From: a virus
Lineage: Duplodnaviria; Caudoviricetes
Length of the DNA: 64,000 bases
Reading direction: 5' to 3' (one strand)
IMG/VR virus record: IMGVR_UViG_3300025867_000005
Shown: piece after piece, positions 51,442 through 60,678 of the stretch
Position numbering within the stretch: the first letter of the stretch is position 1
Layout: every line of letters begins with the position of its first letter
Program-made: the position numbers and the translations under genes
Notes under the pieces: generated by a model
The model's input: the letters and a program-made list of their open reading frames with translations, nothing else
What the model was told of the DNA's origin: nothing
Database searches by the model: none

Positions 51442-51861
51442 TTACTTCCCGAGGATATCTGACAGGGTATCGCTGTCAAGCATTGGATCAGCCTACCGGT
51501 TTTGCCCCTGACAGGCATAGACATCTTTTTCACCATCGCTATGCCGGTATAGGATATATACGTTATTCGGATGCCGTTTACCAGAAACCTGTCCGATACA
51601 AGAACTCCCGATTTGAACATAAAGGAAGCGTCCGTCTTTCTTCATTGTCAGAGTCACTTCTCCACTGACTGCAACGCCGCCGCGATTCACGGATACGAAA
51701 TCCCCACGATCACGGGAGTTAGTCCAACCCCAAACCGCGAGATTGATACCTACGGCCTTAAGAAAGGCTTTGGTTTCACGCAAGAACTTATCCTTGGTGA
51801 AGTCATCATAGGAAACACAAGGGCCACATCCCCAATCTTTTGTCAAAGTCTTTGCATTCAT
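51442..51861 (-). CDS. phage protein (N.GG.AVSGE.TL motif); in-frame TAG at 51493-51495, frame continues to TAA 51442
   Basis: AAGGAG SD before ATG 51861; the extension ends 3 nt before the next ATG. Confidence 0.65.
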
Positions 51862-51887
51862 TCTTTTCTCCTTGTTTGAATAAACAC

Positions 51888-51916
51888 AAGGTATCACAAA
51901 GAGATGGATTTGTCAA
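51888..51916 (-). promoter_or_regulatory. sigma70-like early promoter
   Basis: TTGACA-17-TACCTT, TG extension. Confidence 0.75.
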
Positions 51917-51922
51917 TAGGGA

Positions 51923-52177
51923 TTAAGAATCCTGTCCTAAGATTTCAAGAGTATAGATGCTTCCTTCTTCTGTACAGAAGGTAAGGATGTCATCTAAAAC
52001 ATCTGTTTCTGTCACCTTGGAAGTAGTTACGTACCTCGTAATCTCCAAACCCAAGACATTGCTTTTCATCGAAAAGCGTTTTCCGACAGACGGAAGGACT
52101 TCCGTTTCTCCTTCTACGGAAATAACAGGAAGATTTCCGTTCGTCTTTCCGTCAACAACCGTCAACTTAACTTTCAA
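51923..52177 (-). CDS. hypothetical protein
   Basis: TTG start with AAGGA SD. Confidence 0.65.
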   Translation of the reverse strand: MKVKLTVVDGKTNGNLPVISVEGETEVLPSVGKRFSMKSNVLGLEITRYVTTSKVTETDVLDDILTFCTEEGSIYTLEILGQDS

Positions 52178-52901
52178 TCAATTTGTCCTTTCTAAAACTG
52201 TACTTGTTAAACCCATGTGTCTCTGCTTTTAGGACATCGCTAATCTTTACGTCCTTCATGTCGGTAACAACCATGTCATTGCAGATGAAACGTTCAAGCA
52301 TCTGGAATGCAGTGAAGGCATCCATATACTTCGTGAAAAATTCAAAATCTTTCAGACACGGATTGAGATAAGCAACGTGGCAAAAGGTTCCATTTTCCAC
52401 AACCCGTTCAAATTCTTCCTTCTTACAATATGGAAGACAGCCAAAAATGACAATCGGGGTTCTGAAAAACAAACAAATATCTTTCGGAGGCAACCGCGTA
52501 AGAATTTTCCCGTTTAGATCAACCCTTTCCCAAATACGGTTTTGTGTGTCGAAATACGACTTCGGGAAACCATCTTGATAAAATTCACTCTTTGAAAAGT
52601 CTGCGAAATTGTAGAAACAGTGAGTCTCATACTGTCCAACGACATCGGAATTCGAATAGACATAACGACGAACCATGATCACTGGTATCTCAATACCACA
52701 GAAGAAAATCGTGAACATCGAAACTTCTTGCTCTGGAATTTTGATTTTCCAAAACCATGAATTTATCTGTTGCGGGTATGCCAAAGGATTCTTAACCGCT
52801 TGTTTATCACGCTGCCATGCCCTATTCCAGCTTTGATCGCTGAGATATGGATTCCTTGCATAGATGTCGTATCCGTCTTTGAATTTTGAAATGAGTTTCA
52901 T
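52167..52901 (-). CDS. hypothetical phage protein
   Basis: MKLISKFKDGYD...K.E.HGF.K.SFRK. Confidence 0.75.
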   Translation of the reverse strand: MKLISKFKDGYDIYARNPYLSDQSWNRAWQRDKQAVKNPLAYPQQINSWFWKIKIPEQEVSMFTIFFCGIEIPVIMVRRYVYSNSDVVGQYETHCFYNFADFSKSEFYQDGFPKSYFDTQNRIWERVDLNGKILTRLPPKDICLFFRTPIVIFGCLPYCKKEEFERVVENGTFCHVAYLNPCLKDFEFFTKYMDAFTAFQMLERFICNDMVVTDMKDVKISDVLKAETHGFNKYSFRKDKLIES

Positions 52902-52959
52902 TTTTTCTGCCTTTTTCTTTACCATAATTTGTTATGGTAAAGATGTCAATTGGCATTCA

Positions 52960-53673
52960 TCAGATTTTCGCTTTTTGAAGGAAGTCTTCCCATTCCTTGA
53001 AATAAAAACCCCAATTCTTTTTAGCATATTCCGTTGTCATAAACCATTTCAACCAACGCAGATTCAAGACATCATTATTGACTTCAATGTATTTGGGATT
53101 GTGTTTAATATACGGCGCTCCTATGAGAAAGGCGTTTTCCGTTTCATGATTAAATTTTTCTTCAGGCGTAAGGAAATCTTCACAGCAGAAATTACCGTAA
53201 ATCTTCTTGACCTTTTCTGCGGCCTTTATAATGGATTTTTCAAAACTGCGGTTCCCGCCTTCCGGACCACTGAACATCCGCCAGTTTCTCCTGTCATAAA
53301 TTTCGAGGTAGTTGTCTTCAGATATGTGTGGGCCTTTCCAGATGAAGAAAGAAATTTCCCACCAGTATTCGACATGGTGGCTTTCCCACGGTTCGCCGAA
53401 AAGATCCGAATACTTGACATCTACGCTTGGACAAGCATCATCCTTTTCATATTCAGGAAGAAGGTGTTTAAACCGCTCCCAGTTCTTCTTTTGTCTAGGG
53501 TAAACGCTAATCCCGTCTTTAGCGGATTCAGTATATCCGTGTTTGCAGACATCATTCATTCCGAACCAGAAACCGGAACATATCGGATTGTCTGTTTCAC
53601 AAGCGAAAGCCGGATGGTTTTTCAAAAAATCAATGGCTTCTATCGCTTTCAATTTATCGGTTTTGTTGCTCAT
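52960..53673 (-). CDS. hypothetical protein
   Basis: GAGG SD before ATG 53673. Confidence 0.75.
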   Translation of the reverse strand: MSNKTDKLKAIEAIDFLKNHPAFACETDNPICSGFWFGMNDVCKHGYTESAKDGISVYPRQKKNWERFKHLLPEYEKDDACPSVDVKYSDLFGEPWESHHVEYWWEISFFIWKGPHISEDNYLEIYDRRNWRMFSGPEGGNRSFEKSIIKAAEKVKKIYGNFCCEDFLTPEEKFNHETENAFLIGAPYIKHNPKYIEVNNDVLNLRWLKWFMTTEYAKKNWGFYFKEWEDFLQKAKI

Positions 53674-53686
53674 ATCATTCCCTCGT

Positions 53687-54574
53687 TTAAAAAATAAGGC
53701 TCGATTTTTCATCCCATTGTGAATAGAGTTTCATGTTAGGACGCAATACCAAATACTTATAGACACCCGACTTTTGATCTTTCGCCATGCAATCATTATC
53801 CACAACATAGCTGATTCCATCCAGACTATATTGAAGTTGTCCGTATTCCAAAACATTCAGAAGCTTTCCGTTTGCCTTGATATGGTCTTCAATCTTCTTC
53901 AGTTCAGATTCTATAGTCGCTTCTTTTTCTACCCATTTGGCTTGAGGAGTTCCTGGACATACGTAAAGTTTCCTGAAAGTGACCTGATCCGGTTGGAAAG
54001 TCTTAAGCTGCTGAAACATTGAATCACCGTCTTTATCGAAGTCGGAAAGAATTGACTTATTCATGTTTAGACTAAGCCGGAGATTAAAGCCGATGTCCTT
54101 TATTTGAGAAACCAAATCAGGAAGATTTACTTTAAGGTAATCCGGGCTGCAATTAATCTCGGCATTCCTGCCTGAATCTAAACTGGAAACTGAAAGAGAA
54201 ATCGTCGTAATTCCGTAGTCCTGTAAATACAGCAATCTGTCCCTATCTAAGCCGACCCCAGTCGTCTGAATTTCAATCCATTTAAAACTAGAAGGCAAAG
54301 CTTGGTTAATAATCGAGAACTTACGCAGGAACGGCATGTTCTGCTGAGGTTCGTTTTGACCGGTAAGCATAACGGTATTGCATCCGTTATCCCTTGCGAA
54401 TTCCATACGCTTTCTGAATTCACTTTCATACCGCTCCTGTTGAAATGGAGTCCCTGTCGGTGGGCACGGATAGTCTTCATGATGCATCTTGGAAACACAG
54501 AATCGACAAGCGTTTACACAACGCCGTTCACCTTCTGGAAGAGGTACACAAATACTAAGGCTTTGAATTTTCAT
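53687..54574 (-). CDS. radical SAM protein
   Basis: CVNACRFC (CxxxCxxC), LTG..EP, IEIQTTG. Confidence 0.9.
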   Translation of the reverse strand: MKIQSLSICVPLPEGERRCVNACRFCVSKMHHEDYPCPPTGTPFQQERYESEFRKRMEFARDNGCNTVMLTGQNEPQQNMPFLRKFSIINQALPSSFKWIEIQTTGVGLDRDRLLYLQDYGITTISLSVSSLDSGRNAEINCSPDYLKVNLPDLVSQIKDIGFNLRLSLNMNKSILSDFDKDGDSMFQQLKTFQPDQVTFRKLYVCPGTPQAKWVEKEATIESELKKIEDHIKANGKLLNVLEYGQLQYSLDGISYVVDNDCMAKDQKSGVYKYLVLRPNMKLYSQWDEKSSLIF

Positions 54575-54780
54575 TATTTACCTGCTTTCACTGTATAAAA
54601 CGGAAACCAATCTATGTTACCGATCTTATCTGCTTGTTTTAGGAAGCCATCAACATCACAGGAATAGCATTCAAGAATCGCAACCAGCATCTCTGTGTAT
54701 TTTTCATAAATCGGATAACAACCATAGGAACCGAGTTCTCTGGTGTTAAAACGTTCATTCTTTTTTGTGTAATATTTCAT
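54574..54780 (-). CDS. hypothetical protein
   Basis: GAGGG SD; TAATG overlap. Confidence 0.65.
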   Translation of the reverse strand: MKYYTKKNERFNTRELGSYGCYPIYEKYTEMLVAILECYSCDVDGFLKQADKIGNIDWFPFYTVKAGK

Positions 54781-54813
54781 AACAAAAAACCCTCTTTGCG
54801 ATTAGATGTCAAT

Positions 54814-54842
54814 ACATTATCACAAAAGAGGGTTGTTGTCAA
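54814..54842 (-). promoter_or_regulatory. sigma70-like early promoter nested in an inverted repeat
   Basis: TTGACA-17-TAATGT; AACCCTCTTT...AAAGAGGGTT arms. Confidence 0.75.
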
Positions 54843-54852
54843 CTGTCTTGGT

Positions 54853-55077
54853 TCAAACTTTTGTTACGACAACGACAAAACTTGACTTCCCTTGAAAATC
54901 CATAACTTTGGAATCCCCAAAACAAGCGTAATCCGTCATACAGACATCCACGGTTTCACATAACCGATTCATTCTGTCTTCTGTAATTCCGTTATATCCT
55001 GAATTTGCTACTGTCATACAATACGTCCCGCGATACTCTGTATCCGACAGGGACTTTAGAAGGTTACTGAATTTCAT
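54853..55077 (-). CDS. hypothetical protein
   Basis: AAGGAG SD. Confidence 0.65.
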   Translation of the reverse strand: MKFSNLLKSLSDTEYRGTYCMTVANSGYNGITEDRMNRLCETVDVCMTDYACFGDSKVMDFQGKSSFVVVVTKV

Positions 55078-55103
55078 TGAATTTTAACTCCTTTTGGCTT
55101 AAA

Positions 55104-57494
55104 TCAATCGTTGTCGGGATCATCTGACATCATCACGATTTTCGGTTGAAAAATTCCACAAATCCCAACCAAATCCTTTTGCGCATCCATCACACCGGCA
55201 ACATCTTTATAGGCCATCGGGCATTCATCTAACCCACCATCAAGGAGTTCTACGCCTTTGGCATTAAGGAATTCCTGCATCTCCTTCTTCGAGAAAGTTT
55301 CCTTTGCCTGTTTTCTCGACATCGTGCGTCCGCTTCCGTGACTACAACTGCAAAGGCTGGCTTCATTTCCATTTCCTTTGACGTAGTATGAAGGCGTTCC
55401 CATACTTCCGCCGATTAAGGCTTCTTGGTTCAATTGGGCCTGAACCGCACCTTTTCGATGGACAATCACATCCATTTCCTTGCCATTGATAATGTGTTTT
55501 TCTTTCCAAGCGAAATTGTGATTCGTAAAAACGGTATAAGACGGACTCAATCCCAAGAATTTACTGATACGGTAATGAATCATTTCATGGCTCACTCTTG
55601 CGAAAGCCGCACACAATTCCATCGCCGCCCAATATTCTTTACCGCTATCGGTGTCCAAATCAAGCCACGCCCAACCATGAAAATCCTTGTTGTCAAAATT
55701 TTCGCAAGCGAGTTCATGGTAAAGTTTGGCGATCTTATATCCGACACCACGGCTACCGCTATGGCTAAGCAATGCAAGGTTAGGGATATCTCCGTCAATC
55801 ATTTCTGTAAGTGTTCCGAAGTCTACGAAGTGATTCCCGCTTCCCGAAGTACCGATCTGGTTTTCGGCGAGCTTTTTGATGTTGTATTTCTTCAACATCG
55901 GGATATCAGTCCACAGACTGCTTTCAAGAACTGTGGTTTCAAATCCACTGGGAATGAGGCCCTTCTTCTCATTCAATCCCACACCGAAGCAGGTCTGTTT
56001 CTGCAAAGCGTCCTTCATCTTCATTCTGAAAGCGTTATTCCTTTCAGGGAAACTTACTCCTTCGAACACTGACATTTTCATGCTACAATTATGCACAAAA
56101 ACGCCGCTCGCAAGCGCAAAATTATGGAAATCTTCAACTTCCAAACAGAATACATCTGATTTTCTGTCGATTTTATTTACAGAAATAACTTTGTGGTTGT
56201 TATGTTTATGCTTCTTGTGATTATATAAGCCGATATTGCTTTTAACAAGTTCTCCGCAAATATCACAAGCACGTAGTTTATTCGCAATTTCTTTCCGGAT
56301 AACTGACGCTCTTTCTGTTTGCAGGAATTCTTTTAAATACTTTTTTCCCCTTTGTCCGTTCCCACTGACAATTTCTTTGAATTCTACTGGGTGTTCTTTT
56401 TGGAACTTTAATGAATTTTCCCTCGCAATAGACTGTTTTTTAGCCTTAAATCTTTGATCATAAAACCCATCTTTTTTAAGCTTTTTTATTCTATTGTTTT
56501 TAAATTCTTTACTCCTAAGAAAATCGATTCTTTCTTTCGCATGTAAAGAAGAATGATCTTTAGTGGACATTATGCGTAAATTTTCTGGACGGTTATCATA
56601 TTGATTTCCATTTGCATGATGGATAACAAATCCTTTTTCAAGTTTTCCGTTATAAATTTCAGAAACAAAAGAATGTGTTCTTTGCGTTTTCTTTACATTA
56701 GGCTGATAGATGTATTCATATCCATCTCTATCTGAGTATGAACGATAAAATGGCATAAGGCTATCTTTATATACTAAGTTCTGCGCTTCTTTATACCTAC
56801 CGTCTCTTAGCATAAATAAGTGATCTGGCGTACAAACAATTTCTTCCCCTCCAGAAATTCTTACAGAAACTAGACTTGCATTCTCTTTCACCTTAAACGC
56901 TTTCGCCTTCGCCGGAACAATCATCCCGCTATTATTAATAGAATATACCCAAAAACTTTCAATTTCATTGGTCAATTCTTTAAAACTTTTCTGAGTCCCG
57001 TCTAGCATCGCGACTCTTGTTTCAGGAGGAAAACAGGAAATATCCACTCCTACGGCATTAGGAATAACTTGGTTTGCAGTAGCAAGGATTCCCCCAATCG
57101 GCAAAGAATAACCCTGATGCGCGTCACTAGAAAGGGCACCAGCAACGGCGACAGGTAGCCGCATAGCGGTAATCATCTGATCAATCGCACCCTGTTCAAT
57201 ATGTTCCTTGCCGAAGATATTGAAGGGGAGATTTTCATTCCTGAGTTGAATGTTCTTCTTCTCTTTTTCTTCTTTGTAATCGAAGAACACTTTCATCAAA
57301 TCCAAACTTGCCGGGCAATCTCCGTGACAAGTGTTGATTTTCTTAGGAAGTTTACCGCTAAGGAAGCCTTCACAGATTTGACGGATTCCTTGCTCTGTAA
57401 AATCTCCGTTTGTGTTGATAATCTTTAGAAGCCGTCCAAAATAAGAATCAGGAAGCATTCCCAACGTGATTAAAAAGTCGCCTTTGATCTTCAT
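55104..57494 (-). CDS. rtcB: RtcB RNA ligase containing an intein
   Basis: DAHQGY.LPIGG, PNAVGVDI-(intein)-C, GTSGSGNHF, SHSGSRG, HNFA, VHRKGA, GSMG, SHGSGR, DE.P.AYK; start ATG 57494 with AAGGAG SD. Confidence 0.95.
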   Translation of the reverse strand: MKIKGDFLITLGMLPDSYFGRLLKIINTNGDFTEQGIRQICEGFLSGKLPKKINTCHGDCPASLDLMKVFFDYKEEKEKKNIQLRNENLPFNIFGKEHIEQGAIDQMITAMRLPVAVAGALSSDAHQGYSLPIGGILATANQVIPNAVGVDISCFPPETRVAMLDGTQKSFKELTNEIESFWVYSINNSGMIVPAKAKAFKVKENASLVSVRISGGEEIVCTPDHLFMLRDGRYKEAQNLVYKDSLMPFYRSYSDRDGYEYIYQPNVKKTQRTHSFVSEIYNGKLEKGFVIHHANGNQYDNRPENLRIMSTKDHSSLHAKERIDFLRSKEFKNNRIKKLKKDGFYDQRFKAKKQSIARENSLKFQKEHPVEFKEIVSGNGQRGKKYLKEFLQTERASVIRKEIANKLRACDICGELVKSNIGLYNHKKHKHNNHKVISVNKIDRKSDVFCLEVEDFHNFALASGVFVHNCSMKMSVFEGVSFPERNNAFRMKMKDALQKQTCFGVGLNEKKGLIPSGFETTVLESSLWTDIPMLKKYNIKKLAENQIGTSGSGNHFVDFGTLTEMIDGDIPNLALLSHSGSRGVGYKIAKLYHELACENFDNKDFHGWAWLDLDTDSGKEYWAAMELCAAFARVSHEMIHYRISKFLGLSPSYTVFTNHNFAWKEKHIINGKEMDVIVHRKGAVQAQLNQEALIGGSMGTPSYYVKGNGNEASLCSCSHGSGRTMSRKQAKETFSKKEMQEFLNAKGVELLDGGLDECPMAYKDVAGVMDAQKDLVGICGIFQPKIVMMSDDPDND
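56088..57035 (-). mobile_element. intein (316 aa) with HNH homing endonuclease and C2H2-like Zn finger
   Basis: CFPPETRV..LDG block A, CTPDH.F block B, HH..G...DN..ENL, CDIC..H...H, VFCLEVE..HNF....VFVHN|C; AT-richer than flanks. Confidence 0.93.
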
Positions 57495-57522
57495 GTCTTT
57501 TATCTCCTTTGTTATGCCGTAT

Positions 57523-57551
57523 ACTATATAGAATTTTATCCTACTTGTCAA
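57523..57551 (-). promoter_or_regulatory. sigma70-like early promoter for rtcB
   Basis: TTGACA-17-TATAGT. Confidence 0.78.
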
Positions 57552-57738
57552 TACCGTCAAGACACAAATCAAGACTATCTCCCATTTTATAGAAAGATCG
57601 TCCGTTTTTATCCCACATCAGGTTCTTGATTCTGATTTTAGGGACTTCCTTGATAACAACCTGACCACGATAGGGATATTCTGTTTCTCCTTCTACCGTC
57701 CTGAAATTGATGACCCTTTTCCCTGATTTAGTTTGCAT
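57541..57738 (-). CDS. hypothetical protein
   Basis: GGGGA SD; W...G.......LDL motif. Confidence 0.65.
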   Translation of the reverse strand: MQTKSGKRVINFRTVEGETEYPYRGQVVIKEVPKIRIKNLMWDKNGRSFYKMGDSLDLCLDGIDK

Positions 57739-57758
57739 CTTTTCCCCTAATAGGACAA

Positions 57759-57783
57759 GAAAACGGACATTGTGTCCGTTTTC
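57759..57783. terminator. hairpin, likely intrinsic terminator after 57820..58344
   Basis: perfect 11-bp stem GAAAACGGACA-ttg-TGTCCGTTTTC. Confidence 0.7.
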
Positions 57784-57819
57784 CCGTTCCTTCTTTAATG
57801 TTTTCCGTCTATATGGACA

Positions 57820-58344
57820 TTATGCCTTGACACCGGCTTCCGCCTCAAACTTGACAACTTCTTCCTCTTCGAGATGAATCGCGGCGTCAAGCACGGCATC
57901 AGCGCCGTTGGCATCGCGGAACTTCTCTAGCTTGTCTGCGGTAGTCTTGACTTCCCAATTCTCCTTGCAGAGAATGCCAGCCGCCGTAAGAACAGCAATA
58001 GCCTTGGCAATGTCATTGGGGTTCTCGATTCCGATATTCCGCTTGACATCCAAGAGGCCGATGTAGTTGCCTCCAAGTACGCGGGCCTTCAGGTCCTCCG
58101 TTGCTTCAACCGTCACCTTACGGCGAAGGCTGAGAAGAACACTATCTTCTGTTCCCTTGACGGTAAGACGGGCGCTCTGGGCGGTTTCGGGGATCTTGAC
58201 GGTCTTATCAAGGATAGTCTCACGGAACTCCTTCTGTTCCTCCGACAGTTTGACAAGCTTACGCCCGATTTCACAACCCTTAACAACGGCATCCGCATAC
58301 TTGCCACTGACTGCGACTTCAACGACTTTCGCTTTCTTAGCCAT
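57820..58344 (-). CDS. hypothetical Lys/Ala/Glu-rich protein, probably highly expressed
   Basis: own promoter, 5' hairpin and terminator; GC3-rich codons. Confidence 0.8.
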   Translation of the reverse strand: MAKKAKVVEVAVSGKYADAVVKGCEIGRKLVKLSEEQKEFRETILDKTVKIPETAQSARLTVKGTEDSVLLSLRRKVTVEATEDLKARVLGGNYIGLLDVKRNIGIENPNDIAKAIAVLTAAGILCKENWEVKTTADKLEKFRDANGADAVLDAAIHLEEEEVVKFEAEAGVKA

Positions 58345-58415
58345 ATTCTCACCAGACCTTTCTTAGGAACCATTTGGGGTTTATAAGAAACCCCTTTGGT
58401 TCTTTTGATACCGGT

Positions 58416-58444
58416 ACTTTAGCAAAGTTCGTTCACTTTGTCAA
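58416..58444 (-). promoter_or_regulatory. sigma70-like early promoter
   Basis: TTGACA-17-TAAAGT, TG extension. Confidence 0.8.
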
Positions 58445-58495
58445 GTGGCAGAATCTTTTTTTCTCTAAAAAAGTGTTCGTCTATTCCTACTTGAA

Positions 58496-58880
58496 TTACG
58501 CACCACGTTCGTCTGCACGTTCATTGATAATGGCAAGCTGGCCGCAGGCCGCACCGGCCTCAACCTCGGCCTTCGTGGCAATCGCAACCGCATTGTCATA
58601 ACCAGCGTCTTCCAACTGTTTCTGAATCTTTTTCAATTTCTTTTTTCCATTTTGGGGCTTCTGTGACTGATGTGACGGCGAAAATAACCTCTCCTCCGGG
58701 GTTGTCATAGACGTTGTAATGATGCACGATACCGGCCTCAATTACAGAATCTTTAGGGAACATCGGAAGACATTCCTGAAGAGCATTTAAAGGAATTCCA
58801 GACTGTCCCGGAGTCGCACAAAGTAGCCATCCGTATTCGTATCTGACAATCTTATACAGTTCTTTCACTATTCTTTCCAT
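58496..58880 (-). CDS. hypothetical protein with apparent +1 frameshift in an A5 run (58629-58633)
   Basis: MERIVKE...WKKEIEK joins IQKQLEDAGYDNAV...GA if one A is removed. Confidence 0.55.
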
Positions 58881-59953
58881 TTCTTTAAAATAAAGGGATT
58901 GATTCCCCATGATTTTATGAGCAACTGCGTAGGGTCAAGTAAAATATCCTTGTCTTGTTCGTAACTCTTACTTGCCGTCTTCTGCCCACATGGATACAGT
59001 TCGATATGAAGCATTGAAGTATTGTGGCCAGGAATATCAGGGCGTTCTTTTCCGGGTTTCAACACCCGCTTGACAGTGCCGATCAAAGCTCCGCAAGAGA
59101 CTTCCATTCCTACCTTAATCCCAAATGACGGTTCAATCTCACCATAGCATACGGTTCCGAATCTGTGTTGAATCAAAACGCATTTCGTGTCTTCCCACCA
59201 AGGGGAATCATCTCCTTTGCCCGTAAAATCTTCAATGCTTACCACGATTCCGGGTGCCATGCTATAAACAGGGGTATCGTTTTCGCAATACAAATCGACA
59301 CCGGTATGGGGTGAAAACTTGCGTTCCCCGAGGAAAGATCCGGGATGATTTTCCCCAATAGGGATACCCGCACAATCTTCAACGTCCATTGGGAAAGAAG
59401 GGGCAGTCCATTCGTCCACGATTTCTTTAATTGTGTCGATTTCCGCCAAGGCACCCATTCCCTTATCCCCACATGCCAAAACCTTTTCTTGTGGCGGAAC
59501 AAGTTTTACATTCCAGTTTTCAAGCTTTTTCAGGTGTTCATCCGTCTCGGGATGATCCCACATATAGGAATTCATTGCAGGTGCGACGATGACTGGCTTA
59601 TTCCTATGCCAAGCCCGATAGACACTAGAGGCCAGATCATCGCAAATTCCATTTGCCATTTTAGAAAGGAAGTCTGCACTTGCGATAACAAGCAAGACAT
59701 CATTGTTCTTAGCGATTTGAATATGCGGAATTTCATCTTCCTTGTTATAGCCGCCAATCGGAGGTCTCGGCCATTCGGAGTCATCGTCCAAGAAAGATTC
59801 AGCGAAAGGAGAACCGATCCCCTGTGGAGCGTAAAAATACTTTGCCTTCTTCGTAAAGACGGGGGTAACATTATAGTCACCACAAAAGGCTTTGTAGATT
59901 TTAGGAGCTAGTTTAGAAGCGACAGTTCCGGTAAAAACAATACAGATATTCAT
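58868..59953 (-). CDS. coaC: phosphopantothenoylcysteine decarboxylase (CoaC) fused to an M23-peptidase-like domain
   Basis: TGTVA, HI, SADFLSK.A.GI.D.L, APAMN..MW.HP, LACGD.G.G; then HTGVDL, VY....G.V, V..G..V..G..IG, LHIE. Confidence 0.88.
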   Translation of the reverse strand: MNICIVFTGTVASKLAPKIYKAFCGDYNVTPVFTKKAKYFYAPQGIGSPFAESFLDDDSEWPRPPIGGYNKEDEIPHIQIAKNNDVLLVIASADFLSKMANGICDDLASSVYRAWHRNKPVIVAPAMNSYMWDHPETDEHLKKLENWNVKLVPPQEKVLACGDKGMGALAEIDTIKEIVDEWTAPSFPMDVEDCAGIPIGENHPGSFLGERKFSPHTGVDLYCENDTPVYSMAPGIVVSIEDFTGKGDDSPWWEDTKCVLIQHRFGTVCYGEIEPSFGIKVGMEVSCGALIGTVKRVLKPGKERPDIPGHNTSMLHIELYPCGQKTASKSYEQDKDILLDPTQLLIKSWGINPFILKKWKE

Positions 59954-60675
59954 TGATCCATTCCTTTCTTGAACACAAACTCTTTCATTATTTCATCTTT
60001 CAGCGTTTTGTGGGAAATTATCAATGGACTTGTACGTCCATTGATAATTGCGATTTCATGATTGCCGTTCAAAATACTCCTGAGATCATTCGCGCATACC
60101 AAATCAAGACTGTTATCTACAAAACTCTTTTCTGCGGCTTCCAAAAGTTCAGATTCTTTAACGTCTACAAGCAGTTTGAAACCGATGATAAAAGCCTTTT
60201 CTCCTGCCCACTTACGGACACTGGAAATGACTTTGGGTAAAGGCTTAAGAACAATATTCAGATTTTCCTTTGTTCTGATTTTACCCTTAACAACTGTTTC
60301 CGGTGCATAGTCACTCACGGCGGCGGCAAGAATAATAAGATCGGGCTTGTAAATCGCAATCAAGTGTTCAAGCCCACTCTGATAGTCTTCGAAAGACTTA
60401 TAGGTATGTTCCTTATAGTGGTGGGAAAAAGCTTCCCATCGGCCTTTTGCGTTTTCAAAACACTTAAGGTTTTCATCGATTGACTCGGAAGCAAAGTCAA
60501 TTTCTGCTTTCATCGGGGATTTCGATTTCTCCGCACGGAAGAAAATGACTTCATCTCCAGACAACAGGAAATCTTTGGCAAGACGGGTTCCGAGAGTCCC
60601 GTTGCTCATGTTTCCGATATGCCTGACGCTATCAATCGCTATTCTTGTTCCACCACTTGTAATCAATACTTTCAT
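59950..60675 (-). CDS. coaB: phosphopantothenate--cysteine ligase (CoaB)
   Basis: VLITSGGT...ID.VR.I.N.S.G..G, AAAVSDY, KI, PKVI, GFKL, AND. Confidence 0.92.
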   Translation of the reverse strand: MKVLITSGGTRIAIDSVRHIGNMSNGTLGTRLAKDFLLSGDEVIFFRAEKSKSPMKAEIDFASESIDENLKCFENAKGRWEAFSHHYKEHTYKSFEDYQSGLEHLIAIYKPDLIILAAAVSDYAPETVVKGKIRTKENLNIVLKPLPKVISSVRKWAGEKAFIIGFKLLVDVKESELLEAAEKSFVDNSLDLVCANDLRSILNGNHEIAIINGRTSPLIISHKTLKDEIMKEFVFKKGMDQ

Positions 60676-60678
60676 TCT

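Noticed and set aside
52864-53697. Long + strand ORF (277 aa), and similar antisense ORFs such as 12804..13514, 18978..19706, 46612..47322 and 55425..56072
   Set aside because: They are shadows of well-supported genes on the opposite strand, with no SD or motifs.
22468-54574. Pyrrolysine system (radical SAM + ATP-grasp + in-frame TAG)
   Set aside because: The genes are unlinked, resemble generic phage families rather than PylB/PylC, and no pylS or pylT was seen.
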